The notes under the pieces were generated by a model. The model did not search any database. It saw nothing but the letters and a program-made list of their open reading frames with translations, and was not told where the DNA came from. A DNA stretch of 64,000 nt from contig CAMKJS010000005.1 of the NCBI GenBank assembly GCA_946413245.1, forward strand, positions 5,845 to 69,844, given 5' to 3'. Source of the DNA: an uncultured Clostridia bacterium (GTDB lineage Bacteria; Bacillota; Clostridia; Christensenellales; Aristaeellaceae). Positions 40,138 to 50,127 of this stretch are shown piece after piece. Position 1 is the stretch's first letter. The number at the start of each line of letters is the position of its first letter. Position numbers and translations under genes: made by a program.

Positions 40138-40602
40138 TCAAGGCTGACGCCGGTACGTTTTCAGCACCTTCAGGTACAGGACGACTTCATGCCCCCGCTG
40201 ATTCCGATAGACATATCCGTCGCTTTCAAAACCAAGCTTTTCATGCAGTCTGATACTGGCCTGATTATCCGCTCTGATCTGATCAAGGAGAACTCGGTAC
40301 CCTTTCTCCGCTGCACGCTTTTCCAGAAGGGTCAGCGTTTCGGACGCGAATCCTTTTTTCCGCTCTGTCTCCAGGATTTTGATGCCCGTTGAGGCAACGC
40401 TCCGGCTGTGTTCATAAAGCGATACGGATCCCACGATTCGCTGATCGGACAGGATGGCGAACATCTCAAAGCAGCGGCCCTGACAAAAGCATGAATTCCA
40501 TTCAGCTATCATCTCCGTTATTTCGGATGACGTCATATCCGGATACATGCTTTTTTGCAGGAATTCCGCATCCTCAGGGGAGAAATGCCGCAGTGTAACC
40601 AT
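40138..40602 (-). CDS. GNAT acetyltransferase (RimJ/RimL-like)
   Basis: RKKGFAS; N.ASIRLHEKLGF. Confidence 0.85.
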   Translation of the reverse strand: MVTLRHFSPEDAEFLQKSMYPDMTSSEITEMIAEWNSCFCQGRCFEMFAILSDQRIVGSVSLYEHSRSVASTGIKILETERKKGFASETLTLLEKRAAEKGYRVLLDQIRADNQASIRLHEKLGFESDGYVYRNQRGHEVVLYLKVLKTYRRQP

Positions 40603-40634
40603 ATGTATACCTCATTCGTTCCGCTTTATCTTCC

Positions 40635-41426
40635 TTACGCCCTCCGGTCCATCTCGCGCCATCGTTCTCCGCCCCATACGGACGCGGACTCGCCCAGATC
40701 CAGGAAGCCGAATTTTTCGTACATCGGCACCAGCCGCTCCAGACAGGTCAGCACCAGCCGCTTCCCCCTGTTCCGCTCCGCGTAGCTGCGGACCAGTTCC
40801 CTGCCCAGGCCCAGGCCCCGGTACTCCGGAAGCACATCCAGGCCCAGAATCATAATGTTCGCCCCATCCGGATCATGCAGGGAAGCGTCAGTAAAGAATT
40901 CATCCCGGAAAGCCGTCTCCTTCGTCGCGATCCCGTTGATGAACCCGGCGATCTTCCCGGTCGCCCTGTCTTCCGCGATCCAGAAGAAGTCCGCCGCCGC
41001 CGCCATGCGCGGAATCATATGCTCCCGCTTGCAGGCTTCGTTCGGCGGGAAACAGATCGTTTCAATTCCAACCGCCTCCTCCGCCTCCTCCTGCCGGATC
41101 GTCCGGAACTGGAAAGGCGTCTCCAGATAGCGGACCGTTTTTCCCGTGGTCCTGGCATATTCAATCTCCGACCGGGTGCTGGATCCGATATACCCGCCCA
41201 CGTTGATCACGAAGATTTCGTCCGCCATGCTGATCTTTGCCTTATGCATGTCGTCCAGCATTTCTTTGGTGCCTTCCGTCCAGACCTCCTCATCCCCGGA
41301 ATGACCGAACAGCCCAACGCTGATGACAATGTTTCCTTCCAGCGTCAGCCGCTTCTGAGCTTCCATAAAAGCGTCCTTGAACCGTGTGCTGCCGCAGAGG
41401 GTAATCACCTTATACTTTCCGACCAT
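40635..41426 (-). CDS. Fusion of an N-deoxyribosyltransferase-like domain and a GNAT acetyltransferase
   Basis: VITLCGS.RF...KI.MADEIFVIN.GGYIG.ST..EIEYA, then LGLDVLPEYRGLGLG...YEKFGF. Confidence 0.78.
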   Translation of the reverse strand: MVGKYKVITLCGSTRFKDAFMEAQKRLTLEGNIVISVGLFGHSGDEEVWTEGTKEMLDDMHKAKISMADEIFVINVGGYIGSSTRSEIEYARTTGKTVRYLETPFQFRTIRQEEAEEAVGIETICFPPNEACKREHMIPRMAAAADFFWIAEDRATGKIAGFINGIATKETAFRDEFFTDASLHDPDGANIMILGLDVLPEYRGLGLGRELVRSYAERNRGKRLVLTCLERLVPMYEKFGFLDLGESASVWGGERWREMDRRA

Positions 41427-41534
41427 GTTCCTGCTCCTTATTCATGTGGATTCAGCCGGCGTCAACCGTTTCGACTGCAATTTTACCAAATGATGCGGCC
41501 ATCCGTCAAAGAAAACAGAGGCTGCATCACGATG

Positions 41535-41619
41535 CCTCGACAAATTCACGTTCACTCGACGATAAGTTTGTCGAGGACTCGATAAAAATTTTGTCGAGTC
41601 CTCGACAAAAACTCGTCGA
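41535..41619. repeat. Nested palindrome built from CTCGAC/GTCGAG boxes
   Basis: Perfect 16-bp arms tttgtcgaggactcga (41567-41582) and tcgagtcctcgacaaa (41594-41609), plus further ctcgac units. Confidence 0.85.
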
Positions 41620-41652
41620 TATGATATGATTTCATCGAGGAGCGTGAAAGAA

Positions 41653-43107
41653 ATGGCTATTCCGGTAAGTATCGAAAGTCTCATTGGTCATCAGACAGTA
41701 GAATCAAGCCGTATTGAGTTTAAACGAGGATTCAACCCTGCGGCTGTCATAAGGACAATTTGCGCCTTCGCAAACGACATTGATAACCTCGGAGGCGGTT
41801 ACATTATTGTCGGTATCGAGGAAGAAAACGGTACTCCCAAGTACCCGATTACCGGAATTCCGCTGGATCAGATTGATGGTATACAGAAAAAACTTTTGCA
41901 ATACTGTCATTCAATCGAACCGCTTTATTTACCGGTAACAGAGCCTGTTCAATATGGCGAAGCGTGGGTGCTTGTGATCTGGGTACCCGGCGGACACGGA
42001 CGGCCTTATAAAGCGCCGAGAGATGTTACATCTTCAAAAACGGAAAAGGAGTATTTCATCCGGAAGCTCTCCAGCACAGTTGTTGCTTCACATGAAGAGG
42101 AAAAAGAACTGTTTTATATCTCTTCCAGCATTCCTTTTGATGATCGCCCTAACCTTACGGCAGAAATCGGCGATCTGGATATAGGACTGATGCGTGAACA
42201 CCTGCGGGAAATCGGCAGCAATCTGTATCCTCTGTCCCTGAAGATGGACATAGCGGAGATAGCTACGGACATGCAGCTTATTGAAGGGCCGGCGGAAGAC
42301 AGACGTCCTTTGAACGTAGGTCTCTTAATGTTCTCTGAGCACACACAGCGTTTTTTCCGGTATGCCCGGATTGAGATTGTGGATATACCGGATCCCACCG
42401 GAAACGGAATGACTGAGAAGATTTTCACAGGTCCCATTCAGCGTCAGCTTCGTGACGCGCTTTCCTATCTCCGCAACTATGTCCTCCGGGAAGTCGTCCT
42501 GAAAGACGCAAGGAAAGCAGAAGCTACGAGGATTTGGAATTATCCATATACGGCAATCGAGGAAATTCTGTCGAATGCTGTCTATCATCGCTCATACCAG
42601 ATTCCTGAGCCGATTACAGTGCGAATTACCGCTGCATGTATTGAGATTACCAGTTTCCCAGGCTTTGACAGGAGTATCAGTGACGAGGCAATTGCCCGGC
42701 AGGAAATCCGTGCGAGATCATACCGGAACCGGAGAATAGGTGATTTTCTGAAGGAACTACATCTTATTGAAGGCCGAAACACTGGCTTCCCAAACGCCCG
42801 GAAAGCGCTTCAGGATAATGGCTCAGGTCCATTGAAATTCGATATGGATCCTGACCGCAGCTATCTGGCTGTCACCATCCCGATCCATAATTATTTTGCT
42901 CCGGACGTGAAGACTGAAAAACAGCTTCAATACGAGGATAAAATTCTGGCCTGTTTACAGAATCAGCAGCTTGATCTTACAGCACTGGCAAAGGAAATGG
43001 GTTATAAAAGTATTTCGAAAAAACTGCGAGTAACCGTGGAAGCGCTGGTTCAGCAGCAAAGAATAAAGCAAATCACTATCGGCAGTAAAATAAAATACAC
43101 AGTATAA
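41653..43107 (+). CDS. Schlafen/AlbA_2 + HATPase-like + C-terminal wHTH protein
   Basis: ESSRIEFK, ICAFAN...GGYIIVGI, EILSNAVYHRSY, YRN.RI, IEGRNTG. Confidence 0.88.
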   Translation: MAIPVSIESLIGHQTVESSRIEFKRGFNPAAVIRTICAFANDIDNLGGGYIIVGIEEENGTPKYPITGIPLDQIDGIQKKLLQYCHSIEPLYLPVTEPVQYGEAWVLVIWVPGGHGRPYKAPRDVTSSKTEKEYFIRKLSSTVVASHEEEKELFYISSSIPFDDRPNLTAEIGDLDIGLMREHLREIGSNLYPLSLKMDIAEIATDMQLIEGPAEDRRPLNVGLLMFSEHTQRFFRYARIEIVDIPDPTGNGMTEKIFTGPIQRQLRDALSYLRNYVLREVVLKDARKAEATRIWNYPYTAIEEILSNAVYHRSYQIPEPITVRITAACIEITSFPGFDRSISDEAIARQEIRARSYRNRRIGDFLKELHLIEGRNTGFPNARKALQDNGSGPLKFDMDPDRSYLAVTIPIHNYFAPDVKTEKQLQYEDKILACLQNQQLDLTALAKEMGYKSISKKLRVTVEALVQQQRIKQITIGSKIKYTV

Positions 43108-43143
43108 GCTCCTGTGGCATAAGGCAAGATTTCGGGAAGGTTT

Positions 43144-43494
43144 TTACAGAATCAGGGTTGACGATTTTGCACACTCATCCTGAATGGCTACACTGACAAA
43201 CTCGTTCAGGGAGATATTTCTTTCACGTGCGCACAAGGCAGCGGCACGGTGCAATGCTGAAGAGATGCGGACATTAAACTGCCCTTTATATTCTTTGTCA
43301 GGTTCTTTTCCAAACTCCCGGCATGCCTCAAGATAATTGTCGACGGACTGATGAAACATTGATTCCAGTTCCTGCACTGAAGAGCCATGAAAAGCAAGTG
43401 TATCATTAATCCCAAACACTTCACCGACGAAGAGCCTGTCCTCGTCCGAATACCGAATGGAAGCGTGATAACCTTTATATTCCATCATATTCAT
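43144..43494 (-). CDS. hicB: HicB-family antitoxin
   Basis: MEYKGY...F.G.V.GI.D...F.G.SV.EL...F..SVD.YL; YKGQFNVRIS..LH ribbon-helix-helix. Confidence 0.93.
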   Translation of the reverse strand: MNMMEYKGYHASIRYSDEDRLFVGEVFGINDTLAFHGSSVQELESMFHQSVDNYLEACREFGKEPDKEYKGQFNVRISSALHRAAALCARERNISLNEFVSVAIQDECAKSSTLIL

Positions 43495-43598
43495 TGATCC
43501 TCCTTAACTTCTCCGGTTTCCTTCAGGAACTGTCTGACCAACTTAACCTGATATGGATATAGCTCATTGCCGGGATGTGGCTCATGAAGCACGAGATA
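43491..43598 (-). pseudogene. hicA: C-terminal remnant of HicA toxin
   Basis: Manual translation YLVLHEPHPGNELYPYQVKLVRQFLKETGEVKEDQ*; its TGA overlaps the hicB ATG; in-frame TAA immediately upstream. Confidence 0.82.
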
Positions 43599-43648
43599 TT
43601 ATGATGCTGTGTGCAGCAGATACTGGGATATAGTATTACTTTTCAGCA

Positions 43649-44407
43649 TCACACTTCCGCCTCGTCCACTGCTTCACGGACGACGGCCAGAACCTTTTCG
43701 TCACAGATTGCTTTCGGTGCCAGCTCAGTATGCGGGACATACGGGTTGGTGCCGATTTTTCTGCCCGTAAGCACGCGGTACCAGACTCCTGCCAGCAGAT
43801 AGCGGCCGTAGATGATGTTCATATGGAATCCGTCGGAGCACAGGGACATGCCGCCGTGGCCGTATAGAAAGGGCTCCCGGTTGCGCAGGCGCTGGATCAC
43901 GTCGCCGCAGGGGATAAGCCGCATGCCGTTGCGCTCCGCCTCAGCCCTGTATGCCGCGGAGAGCTTCTCATACATCTCCTGCTGGTCGTGGTGGTAATCC
44001 GCAAAGCGGGGATGGGTGCTGTCGGACTCATAGGCCCAGGTTTCGTGCAGCAGAAGCTGCGCCCGGGGCTTTTCCCTGCGCAGCCAGGCGCAGATATCCG
44101 TCAGATACGGCTCATAGGTTTCGATGTGCCCGCTGTCATGGCTGGCCTGCTGGGTTACGATATAGTCCCAGTCCTCCATGGCGAGGCCGTCCTGAACGGA
44201 GACGGGTTCCTCCATGTACCGGCTGTTGATTTCTAGCCGGTAGGCCTTCTCACCGGAAAGGATGTTTTCCCAGTGCCGTTTCAGTTCACAGCCTCCGATA
44301 TACAGATTGACCGCCAGTAGATCCACGCCGTCCGCTTCCGCCAGCTGATGCAGGTAATGGGTCGCGTTTTCCGAAAAGCTGTTGCCGATCGCAAGCACTC
44401 TGATCAT
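43649..44407 (-). CDS. SGNH-type esterase (DUF4886-like)
   Basis: VLAIGNSFS, LYIGGC, WDYIVTQQAS, HETWAY, DGFH. Confidence 0.85.
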   Translation of the reverse strand: MIRVLAIGNSFSENATHYLHQLAEADGVDLLAVNLYIGGCELKRHWENILSGEKAYRLEINSRYMEEPVSVQDGLAMEDWDYIVTQQASHDSGHIETYEPYLTDICAWLRREKPRAQLLLHETWAYESDSTHPRFADYHHDQQEMYEKLSAAYRAEAERNGMRLIPCGDVIQRLRNREPFLYGHGGMSLCSDGFHMNIIYGRYLLAGVWYRVLTGRKIGTNPYVPHTELAPKAICDEKVLAVVREAVDEAEV

Positions 44408-44666
44408 ATCTCATTTCTCCTTCGTACAAATGAAAAGGGAACAGGAAGTCAGCTATCATTCTATCAGAACAGCCAGCTTTCCGTCAAAACAGAAAAACAT
44501 GGAGACCGTGGGAGGCAGTTTCTATGAAAGTAGCTTGCCCAAACGGCTGAATTCGGGGGAACGGCAAAGGAAAAACAATATCAGAAATATCCTTCATTGC
44601 TATCCGATCGTTCCGTATGGTATGATAGATTATCTGTATGTGAAATGAACGCTGAGGTGAACCGTG

Positions 44667-45329
44667 ATGAAACGTTCTCTTCGCGAATGGCTGATTCGCA
44701 TTCTGATTCTGATGATCGGGCTGACAATTGCACACCTGGGGGTAACGCTTTTTCTGCTGACAGATCTCGGCTCCGACCCCTTTAACGTCCTGATTCAGGG
44801 CCTGTTCCGCACGCTGTCCTCCTGGACGGGCTGGGCCTTTCTCACCCACGGCCGTGTCCATATCGCCGTCAGCCTTCTGATTATTCTGATTCTTCTCCTC
44901 ACGGACAGGAGTTATATCAAAATCGGAACCGTGCTCTGCATGGTGTGCGGCGGTCCGATCATTGATTTCTTCACGCTCCTCCTGACGCCGGTTTTCGGTC
45001 AGATCAGCGCGCTTCCCCTCCGCATTCTGGTTCTGGCCGCCGGCTGTGTGATTCTGGCTTACGGGATGACCATCGTGATCAAGTCCGATGCCGGAACCGG
45101 GCCCAACGATCTGGTAGCCATCGTCATCAGCGATAAGCTCCGCCGGAAATTCAGCGTCGTCCGGATTATCGTGGACGCCTGCTTTGTGGCGATCGGATGG
45201 GTGCTGGGCGGCACCTTCGGGCTGGGCACAATCATCTGCGCGGCGCTGGTCGGACCGGTCGCCGGAGTTTTCCTGCCCCGCAACGAAAAAATCATCAACA
45301 GGATCATCCGTAAAGCGCTGGGCGAATAA
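44667..45329 (+). CDS. YczE/YitT-like membrane protein
   Basis: LGSDPF, IGT, GTGPND, GG.FGLGTII duplicated-half pattern. Confidence 0.85.
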   Translation: MKRSLREWLIRILILMIGLTIAHLGVTLFLLTDLGSDPFNVLIQGLFRTLSSWTGWAFLTHGRVHIAVSLLIILILLLTDRSYIKIGTVLCMVCGGPIIDFFTLLLTPVFGQISALPLRILVLAAGCVILAYGMTIVIKSDAGTGPNDLVAIVISDKLRRKFSVVRIIVDACFVAIGWVLGGTFGLGTIICAALVGPVAGVFLPRNEKIINRIIRKALGE

Positions 45330-45395
45330 GCCGCATCGGCAACCTTCTGCCTTGTGATATGAGGATCAGTACGAGAAGCTGTCGGCGCGACGCTG

Positions 45396-45438
45396 AAGCA
45401 ATCATACACACAACATCATTTTGTGTGTATGATTGCTT
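45396..45438. terminator. Perfect 18-bp inverted repeat between convergent genes
   Basis: aagcaatcatacacacaa-catcatt-ttgtgtgtatgattgctt. Confidence 0.65.
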
Positions 45439-45473
45439 AGTTTCCTGGTAACCGGTTTGAATACATCATCCCT

Positions 45474-46214
45474 TCACAGGATCTGAAGCGGCACCCATTT
45501 CAGATAGTCCCCGGAGACCAGCCTGTACATGATTCCGTGGTGCCGCCCCTCGATGCTGTCATGGAAGCGGTGCTCTCCGTGACAGTGGGCATAGATCACC
45601 TGCTCCGCGCCGTATTTTTCCGCCATGGCCGTAAAGACGCTGTTCCTCTCCAGTACATTGGTCGGGGGATAATGCAGGAACATAATAAACCGGCTGTACC
45701 CGTCCGCCCGGGCAGCTTCGAAGGAAGCCTCCAGCCGTTCCGCCTCCCGCTCCACCAGCTTTTGCGCATGCGCTTCCGCTTCCTTGTCCCATCCGATAAT
45801 CTTACGGCCCCGGACATAGAACGGGCCCTCGAAGGTATATCCCTTCGTGCCGACAATCGCATAGTCCTGATACGGGGCGTAATTGTTCTGCAGGAAAAAC
45901 AGCCTGCCGGCGAACTGACGGTTCAGCGCGGCTGTCTTCTTCACATCCCAGAACATGTCGTGGTTTCCGCGGAGAAGGACCTTCCTTCCGGGAAGTCCGC
46001 AGATATACTCCAGATCCTTTTCACATTCGGCAGAATTCCTGCCCCAGCTGTGATCTCCGGCCAGCACCAGCGTGTCGTCCGGCCGGATCATCTTCTCACA
46101 GTTCTGCCTGAACTTCACCTCATGGTTTTTCCATACCGGTTCATGAAGCTGGCCGGGTGCCTTCAGCTCCGACTGAAAATGGAGATGCAGGTCTCCGATT
46201 GTAAACAGGCTCAT
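45474..46214 (-). CDS. Calcineurin-like metallophosphoesterase
   Basis: GDLH, AGD, RGNHD, LHYPP, AHCH; GGAGG RBS before 46214. Confidence 0.9.
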   Translation of the reverse strand: MSLFTIGDLHLHFQSELKAPGQLHEPVWKNHEVKFRQNCEKMIRPDDTLVLAGDHSWGRNSAECEKDLEYICGLPGRKVLLRGNHDMFWDVKKTAALNRQFAGRLFFLQNNYAPYQDYAIVGTKGYTFEGPFYVRGRKIIGWDKEAEAHAQKLVEREAERLEASFEAARADGYSRFIMFLHYPPTNVLERNSVFTAMAEKYGAEQVIYAHCHGEHRFHDSIEGRHHGIMYRLVSGDYLKWVPLQIL

Positions 46215-46429
46215 CAGGACGCACCTCCCGGGAAATAGATAACAGCATGATCCGAATCCGGTAACTGTTTCCGATTTTACCAAATAATCCGGCCGTTCGT
46301 CAAAAGGACAACCCACTGTCTGTCGCTGGGAAAGAAGGCGTCGGACTGTATCGGACGCGGGTATTGCAACGGCAGATGCCCATTCTCCGTCGATCAGAGG
46401 ACGAGAATGCGGGAGATGGCAGCGTTCTT

Positions 46430-46894
46430 TTACGGCTGTGCTTCGTCTCTTTTCATATCCTCCAATGTTTTCCGTGCATACTGGATGACTGACCGGATGT
46501 ATACAGGATTGACCCAGACCAGTGCCTGATGCCCGCTGCAGGGATTGATCACGATTCCGGTACATGCATTGTTCTCAGCTGCCATGGAAAGGATACTTCT
46601 CCAGGGGAGAAATCCCAGCGTTTCCGGATCTTTCGAATCCGGGTTCTGCCCGGTTATGGTGTATACACAATACGCGTACCCGTAATCCGGCGTTTCGTAT
46701 AATTTGTAATGCAACCCTGTACTGTCCGTCTCAAAAGAATAAGCTGCGGGGAGATTAAAAACATAGGCGCGGACCAGTTGATCCAGAATCCGCAAAAAAG
46801 TTTCCCTGGAAGGATTTTCATCATACTGTTCCAGGGCATCATTCAGACTTTTTTCAATCAGTTGATGCGCGAACGACATGGGTTTTTCTGCCAT
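46430..46894 (-). CDS. Hypothetical protein, SseB-N-like
   Basis: AGGAGG RBS; GIVINP motif. Confidence 0.55.
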   Translation of the reverse strand: MAEKPMSFAHQLIEKSLNDALEQYDENPSRETFLRILDQLVRAYVFNLPAAYSFETDSTGLHYKLYETPDYGYAYCVYTITGQNPDSKDPETLGFLPWRSILSMAAENNACTGIVINPCSGHQALVWVNPVYIRSVIQYARKTLEDMKRDEAQP

Positions 46895-47014
46895 GATTAT
46901 CCTCCTTTTCAGGCGGCAAAGCACTGCTCCGATGTGTTGATTCTGTTTTCTGCAGAAGTCTGGCTTCCTGATTCCGCCCGGTGATACCTGTCAGATTGCC
47001 TGCCGGAGCCTGTC

Positions 47015-47755
47015 TCAGCTGTTTGCCTGCTGTTTTCTGGCCTGCCTTTCAGCGTACAGACGCTCGATGGGCGCGAACATCCTTCCCCAGTGGAAATGCT
47101 TGCAGAGGAAATACGCCACCAGCGCAAGCGCTACGCCGGTAACGATATCCAGGAAATAGTGCTGCTTGACATACACGGTGGAGGCATAGATCAGAATCGC
47201 GGTCACGAAGGAATAGACCCGGAACCATACGGGGATTTCCTTTCGCCCGGCCACACCCAGGTAGCAGAGCGTGCTGTTGATGCAGTGGAAGCTCGGAAGA
47301 AGGTTATACGCCATTTCGGAGCCGTCCAGCGAATACCAGAACATACGAAGACGATCGAAGAACGTCGGATTCGCGGGGACGACGTAAAGGCCCTCGGCGA
47401 CTCTGTCCATGTAGGTCGGGAAAAAAGCGAGGGCAACCACGCCCGCCAGGCAGGACACGAGGTTCGCGGCCATATAGTCGGCAAAATGCTGTTTTTCGCA
47501 CCTTGATACAGCCATCGGCCCCATCGCCCAGAAAGCGTATGACCAGATGTACGGAATGATAAAGGCCGACACGATCGGAATCTTATCGTCCAGCGCAATC
47601 TTCGGCAAAAACGGCGTAAAGCCGAACCACGAGGCAAGAAAGTGCCCGGTAAGGTAAAGAGCATGCTGCATAATCAGATACCCGATGCCGATCCAGATCG
47701 CGTATCCTTTGATCCGGTTGTTGTTCTTTTCCGTGTTATTCAGCGTTTCCATCAT
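47015..47755 (-). CDS. PAP2-superfamily membrane phosphatase/phosphotransferase
   Basis: NLLPSFHC; STVYVKQHYFLD. Confidence 0.88.
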   Translation of the reverse strand: MMETLNNTEKNNNRIKGYAIWIGIGYLIMQHALYLTGHFLASWFGFTPFLPKIALDDKIPIVSAFIIPYIWSYAFWAMGPMAVSRCEKQHFADYMAANLVSCLAGVVALAFFPTYMDRVAEGLYVVPANPTFFDRLRMFWYSLDGSEMAYNLLPSFHCINSTLCYLGVAGRKEIPVWFRVYSFVTAILIYASTVYVKQHYFLDIVTGVALALVAYFLCKHFHWGRMFAPIERLYAERQARKQQANS

Positions 47756-48008
47756 GATCCCTCTTTCTCCCGTTTCGCTGCTGCGATGATTCTGTTATAT
47801 TCGACACGCAGTGACGTGAATCCTGTTTTCGAAAAGACGTTCGGAAAGGCGCCGGCATATTCCGGAACTCCCCTTAAAAGAAAGGGACAAAATCCGGCCT
47901 GAAAAATGAGGGCGTTCGCTGCCACGCGGCTCCTTTCGTGCGTATGAAACAGCAGGGAACGCGAGGGCTTTCCCGATGTGCATCTGAAAAAGATTTCGGA
48001 GGATGGTT

Positions 48009-49817
48009 ATGAAAAAGACAGTTGTTGCCCTGATTCTGGCTCTGTGCCTGCTGGTTTCCGCCGCGGCGGGCATCGCGGAGGAGAAAAGCGCCGTCCTGTA
48101 CACGGACGGCACGGAAACCGGAGAAATGAGACTCTGCACGTTCGAGGAAATGCCGGACGTTCCCTATATGGGAATCCGGGAATACGCGGAGAAGATTCTG
48201 AACCTTCCGATGTCCGCGGAAACAGGTGAGGACGGCGTCGTCACCCTGCGGAACGGGCAGGGAGGAGAACTGCGGTGCGATATTGCCGCCGGCACCGTTT
48301 CGACACAGGACTGGATCAGCGTCATCACGCCGGAAACGCCCCTGGAGGGCAAGGCGATCAGCCTGAAGGACAGCCCCTGCGGCTTTGTCCGGATCAAAGA
48401 GATCACCTACGAAGGGGATCCGACGCCGGTGGTGTTCGACTTCGCGAAATACGGCATGAAGATTTACGCGGACGAGCAGGACGTGTACCTGCCCCTGGCG
48501 GTGCTCTCCAACATGATGACGGACATCGCCACCAGGCACCTGCGGTACGACGGAGAGAAGCTGTATCTTTCCCGCCTGGAGGCGAGTGTGAACCCGGACG
48601 ATCCCGTGCTGAACAGCGATACGATGACTGCCCTGCTGACGGGCACGGAAAGGCCGGAGGACGTGATTCGCCAGTGCTACGCTGAGCTCTGCTTCAATTT
48701 TGATTATTTCTTCGGTCATCCCGGCATCGCGGCCCTGGACGCGGAGATTGCCGCGAACGGCCTGGACGCCGCGCTGGAAAGCCTCGGGGAGGAAGGAGCC
48801 GCCATCAGGGCGGGCCTGCTCTCTCCCGATATGACGGAATACCTGTCCGCGATGCAGCAGCTGTTCGTCATCTGGCTGTATGACGGCCATACCAACTTCA
48901 CGGACGTCACCAGCCTGATGAAAACCAGGGCGTTCAGGGAGAATCCGTCCCTGTCGGGCAAGCTGTCCACGGAGGCTTTGACGAATCTGTTCAACAGCGG
49001 GAACGGCCTGACCATGGCGCTGCGCATGGCTACCATTCCGCAGCGTAAGCTCATCTGGGGCGACGAGGCGTACCGCGAATGCGGAAATACGGCGATTATC
49101 CGCCTGGATTCCTTCATGCCGGACGAAGCCGCGTGGGACGCCTGGTACAAGGGAGAAGGCGCTTTCCCGGAAGACTGCCTCGGAACCGTGGTTTCCGGGC
49201 TCAGGAAGGCGCAGGAAAACCCGGAGATCCGGAACGTGCTCTTCGACCTGACCTGCAACAGCGGCGGCAGCTCCGACGTGCTGATGGCGATCCTGGGCCT
49301 GACTACCGGGCGGAACGACCTGAGGGGCAGAAACGTCCTGACCGGGCAGACCCTTCACGTCGTCTTTGAGGCGGACTGCAACTTTGACGGCGTCTTTGAC
49401 GAAAAGGACGCGGAAGCGCGGTTCGACTTCAACTACGGCGTACTGGCGACCCGCCAGGCCTTCTCCTGTGGCAACCTTTTCCCGATCGTTATGCGGGAAA
49501 GCGGAGCCGTGGTCATCGGCGAGCCCAGCGGAGGCGGCTCCTGCTGCATCCAGATCGGCACCGACACCCATGGAATGCGCTACATGATGTCCAGCGCCCA
49601 GTGGCAGCTGCTGGATGAGAACGGCAGGGACGTGGAGGGCGGCTGCACGGTGGATATCCCGATCGAACCCCGCTCGCTCGGGCTGATCGATCGGCTGATC
49701 AGTACCATGGGGGTCGACGAGGGCCTCCCGATCTTCGCCGATTACTTCGACGAGGAGAACCTCGACAGGCTGATGAACGCGTGGTTCCACGTCGTTCAGC
49801 TTGCTCCCGCTGCCTGA
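48009..49817 (+). CDS. Secreted S41-family peptidase
   Basis: Signal peptide; DGHT, FDLTCNSGG, AFSCGN, IGEPSGGG. Confidence 0.85.
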   Translation: MKKTVVALILALCLLVSAAAGIAEEKSAVLYTDGTETGEMRLCTFEEMPDVPYMGIREYAEKILNLPMSAETGEDGVVTLRNGQGGELRCDIAAGTVSTQDWISVITPETPLEGKAISLKDSPCGFVRIKEITYEGDPTPVVFDFAKYGMKIYADEQDVYLPLAVLSNMMTDIATRHLRYDGEKLYLSRLEASVNPDDPVLNSDTMTALLTGTERPEDVIRQCYAELCFNFDYFFGHPGIAALDAEIAANGLDAALESLGEEGAAIRAGLLSPDMTEYLSAMQQLFVIWLYDGHTNFTDVTSLMKTRAFRENPSLSGKLSTEALTNLFNSGNGLTMALRMATIPQRKLIWGDEAYRECGNTAIIRLDSFMPDEAAWDAWYKGEGAFPEDCLGTVVSGLRKAQENPEIRNVLFDLTCNSGGSSDVLMAILGLTTGRNDLRGRNVLTGQTLHVVFEADCNFDGVFDEKDAEARFDFNYGVLATRQAFSCGNLFPIVMRESGAVVIGEPSGGGSCCIQIGTDTHGMRYMMSSAQWQLLDENGRDVEGGCTVDIPIEPRSLGLIDRLISTMGVDEGLPIFADYFDEENLDRLMNAWFHVVQLAPAA

Positions 49818-50127
49818 GAACATACCATACCGCCGGAATACCAGGGCGCCTCTTCGGGGGCGCTTTTCCCGTCAAAAAAGGAACTCCTGCACGGAGTTCC
49901 GGGGATGGGTGAGGGGAGCCGGGCGTTCCTTCCGTCCCGGGCCGCATCAGAGCCCGGACAAACTTAGAGTGAACTTCAGATCAATACTTTTCCGCAAAAA
50001 AAGATCCGTACACGGGCCGGGGTATGTTCACGGAGAAAAAAACCGGTGTTCCGGGAGAAACTGTCCGGAAAAGCAAATCATCCGGGGCACGCGCCCCGGA
50101 TGATGCCGGCTGTTCCTTTCTGGTGTT

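Noticed and set aside
46215-46565. N-terminal extension of the metallophosphoesterase ORF (similar cases at 37023..38690 and 20690..22618)
   Set aside because: Good RBS and family-typical starts lie downstream; the extensions overlap neighbouring genes
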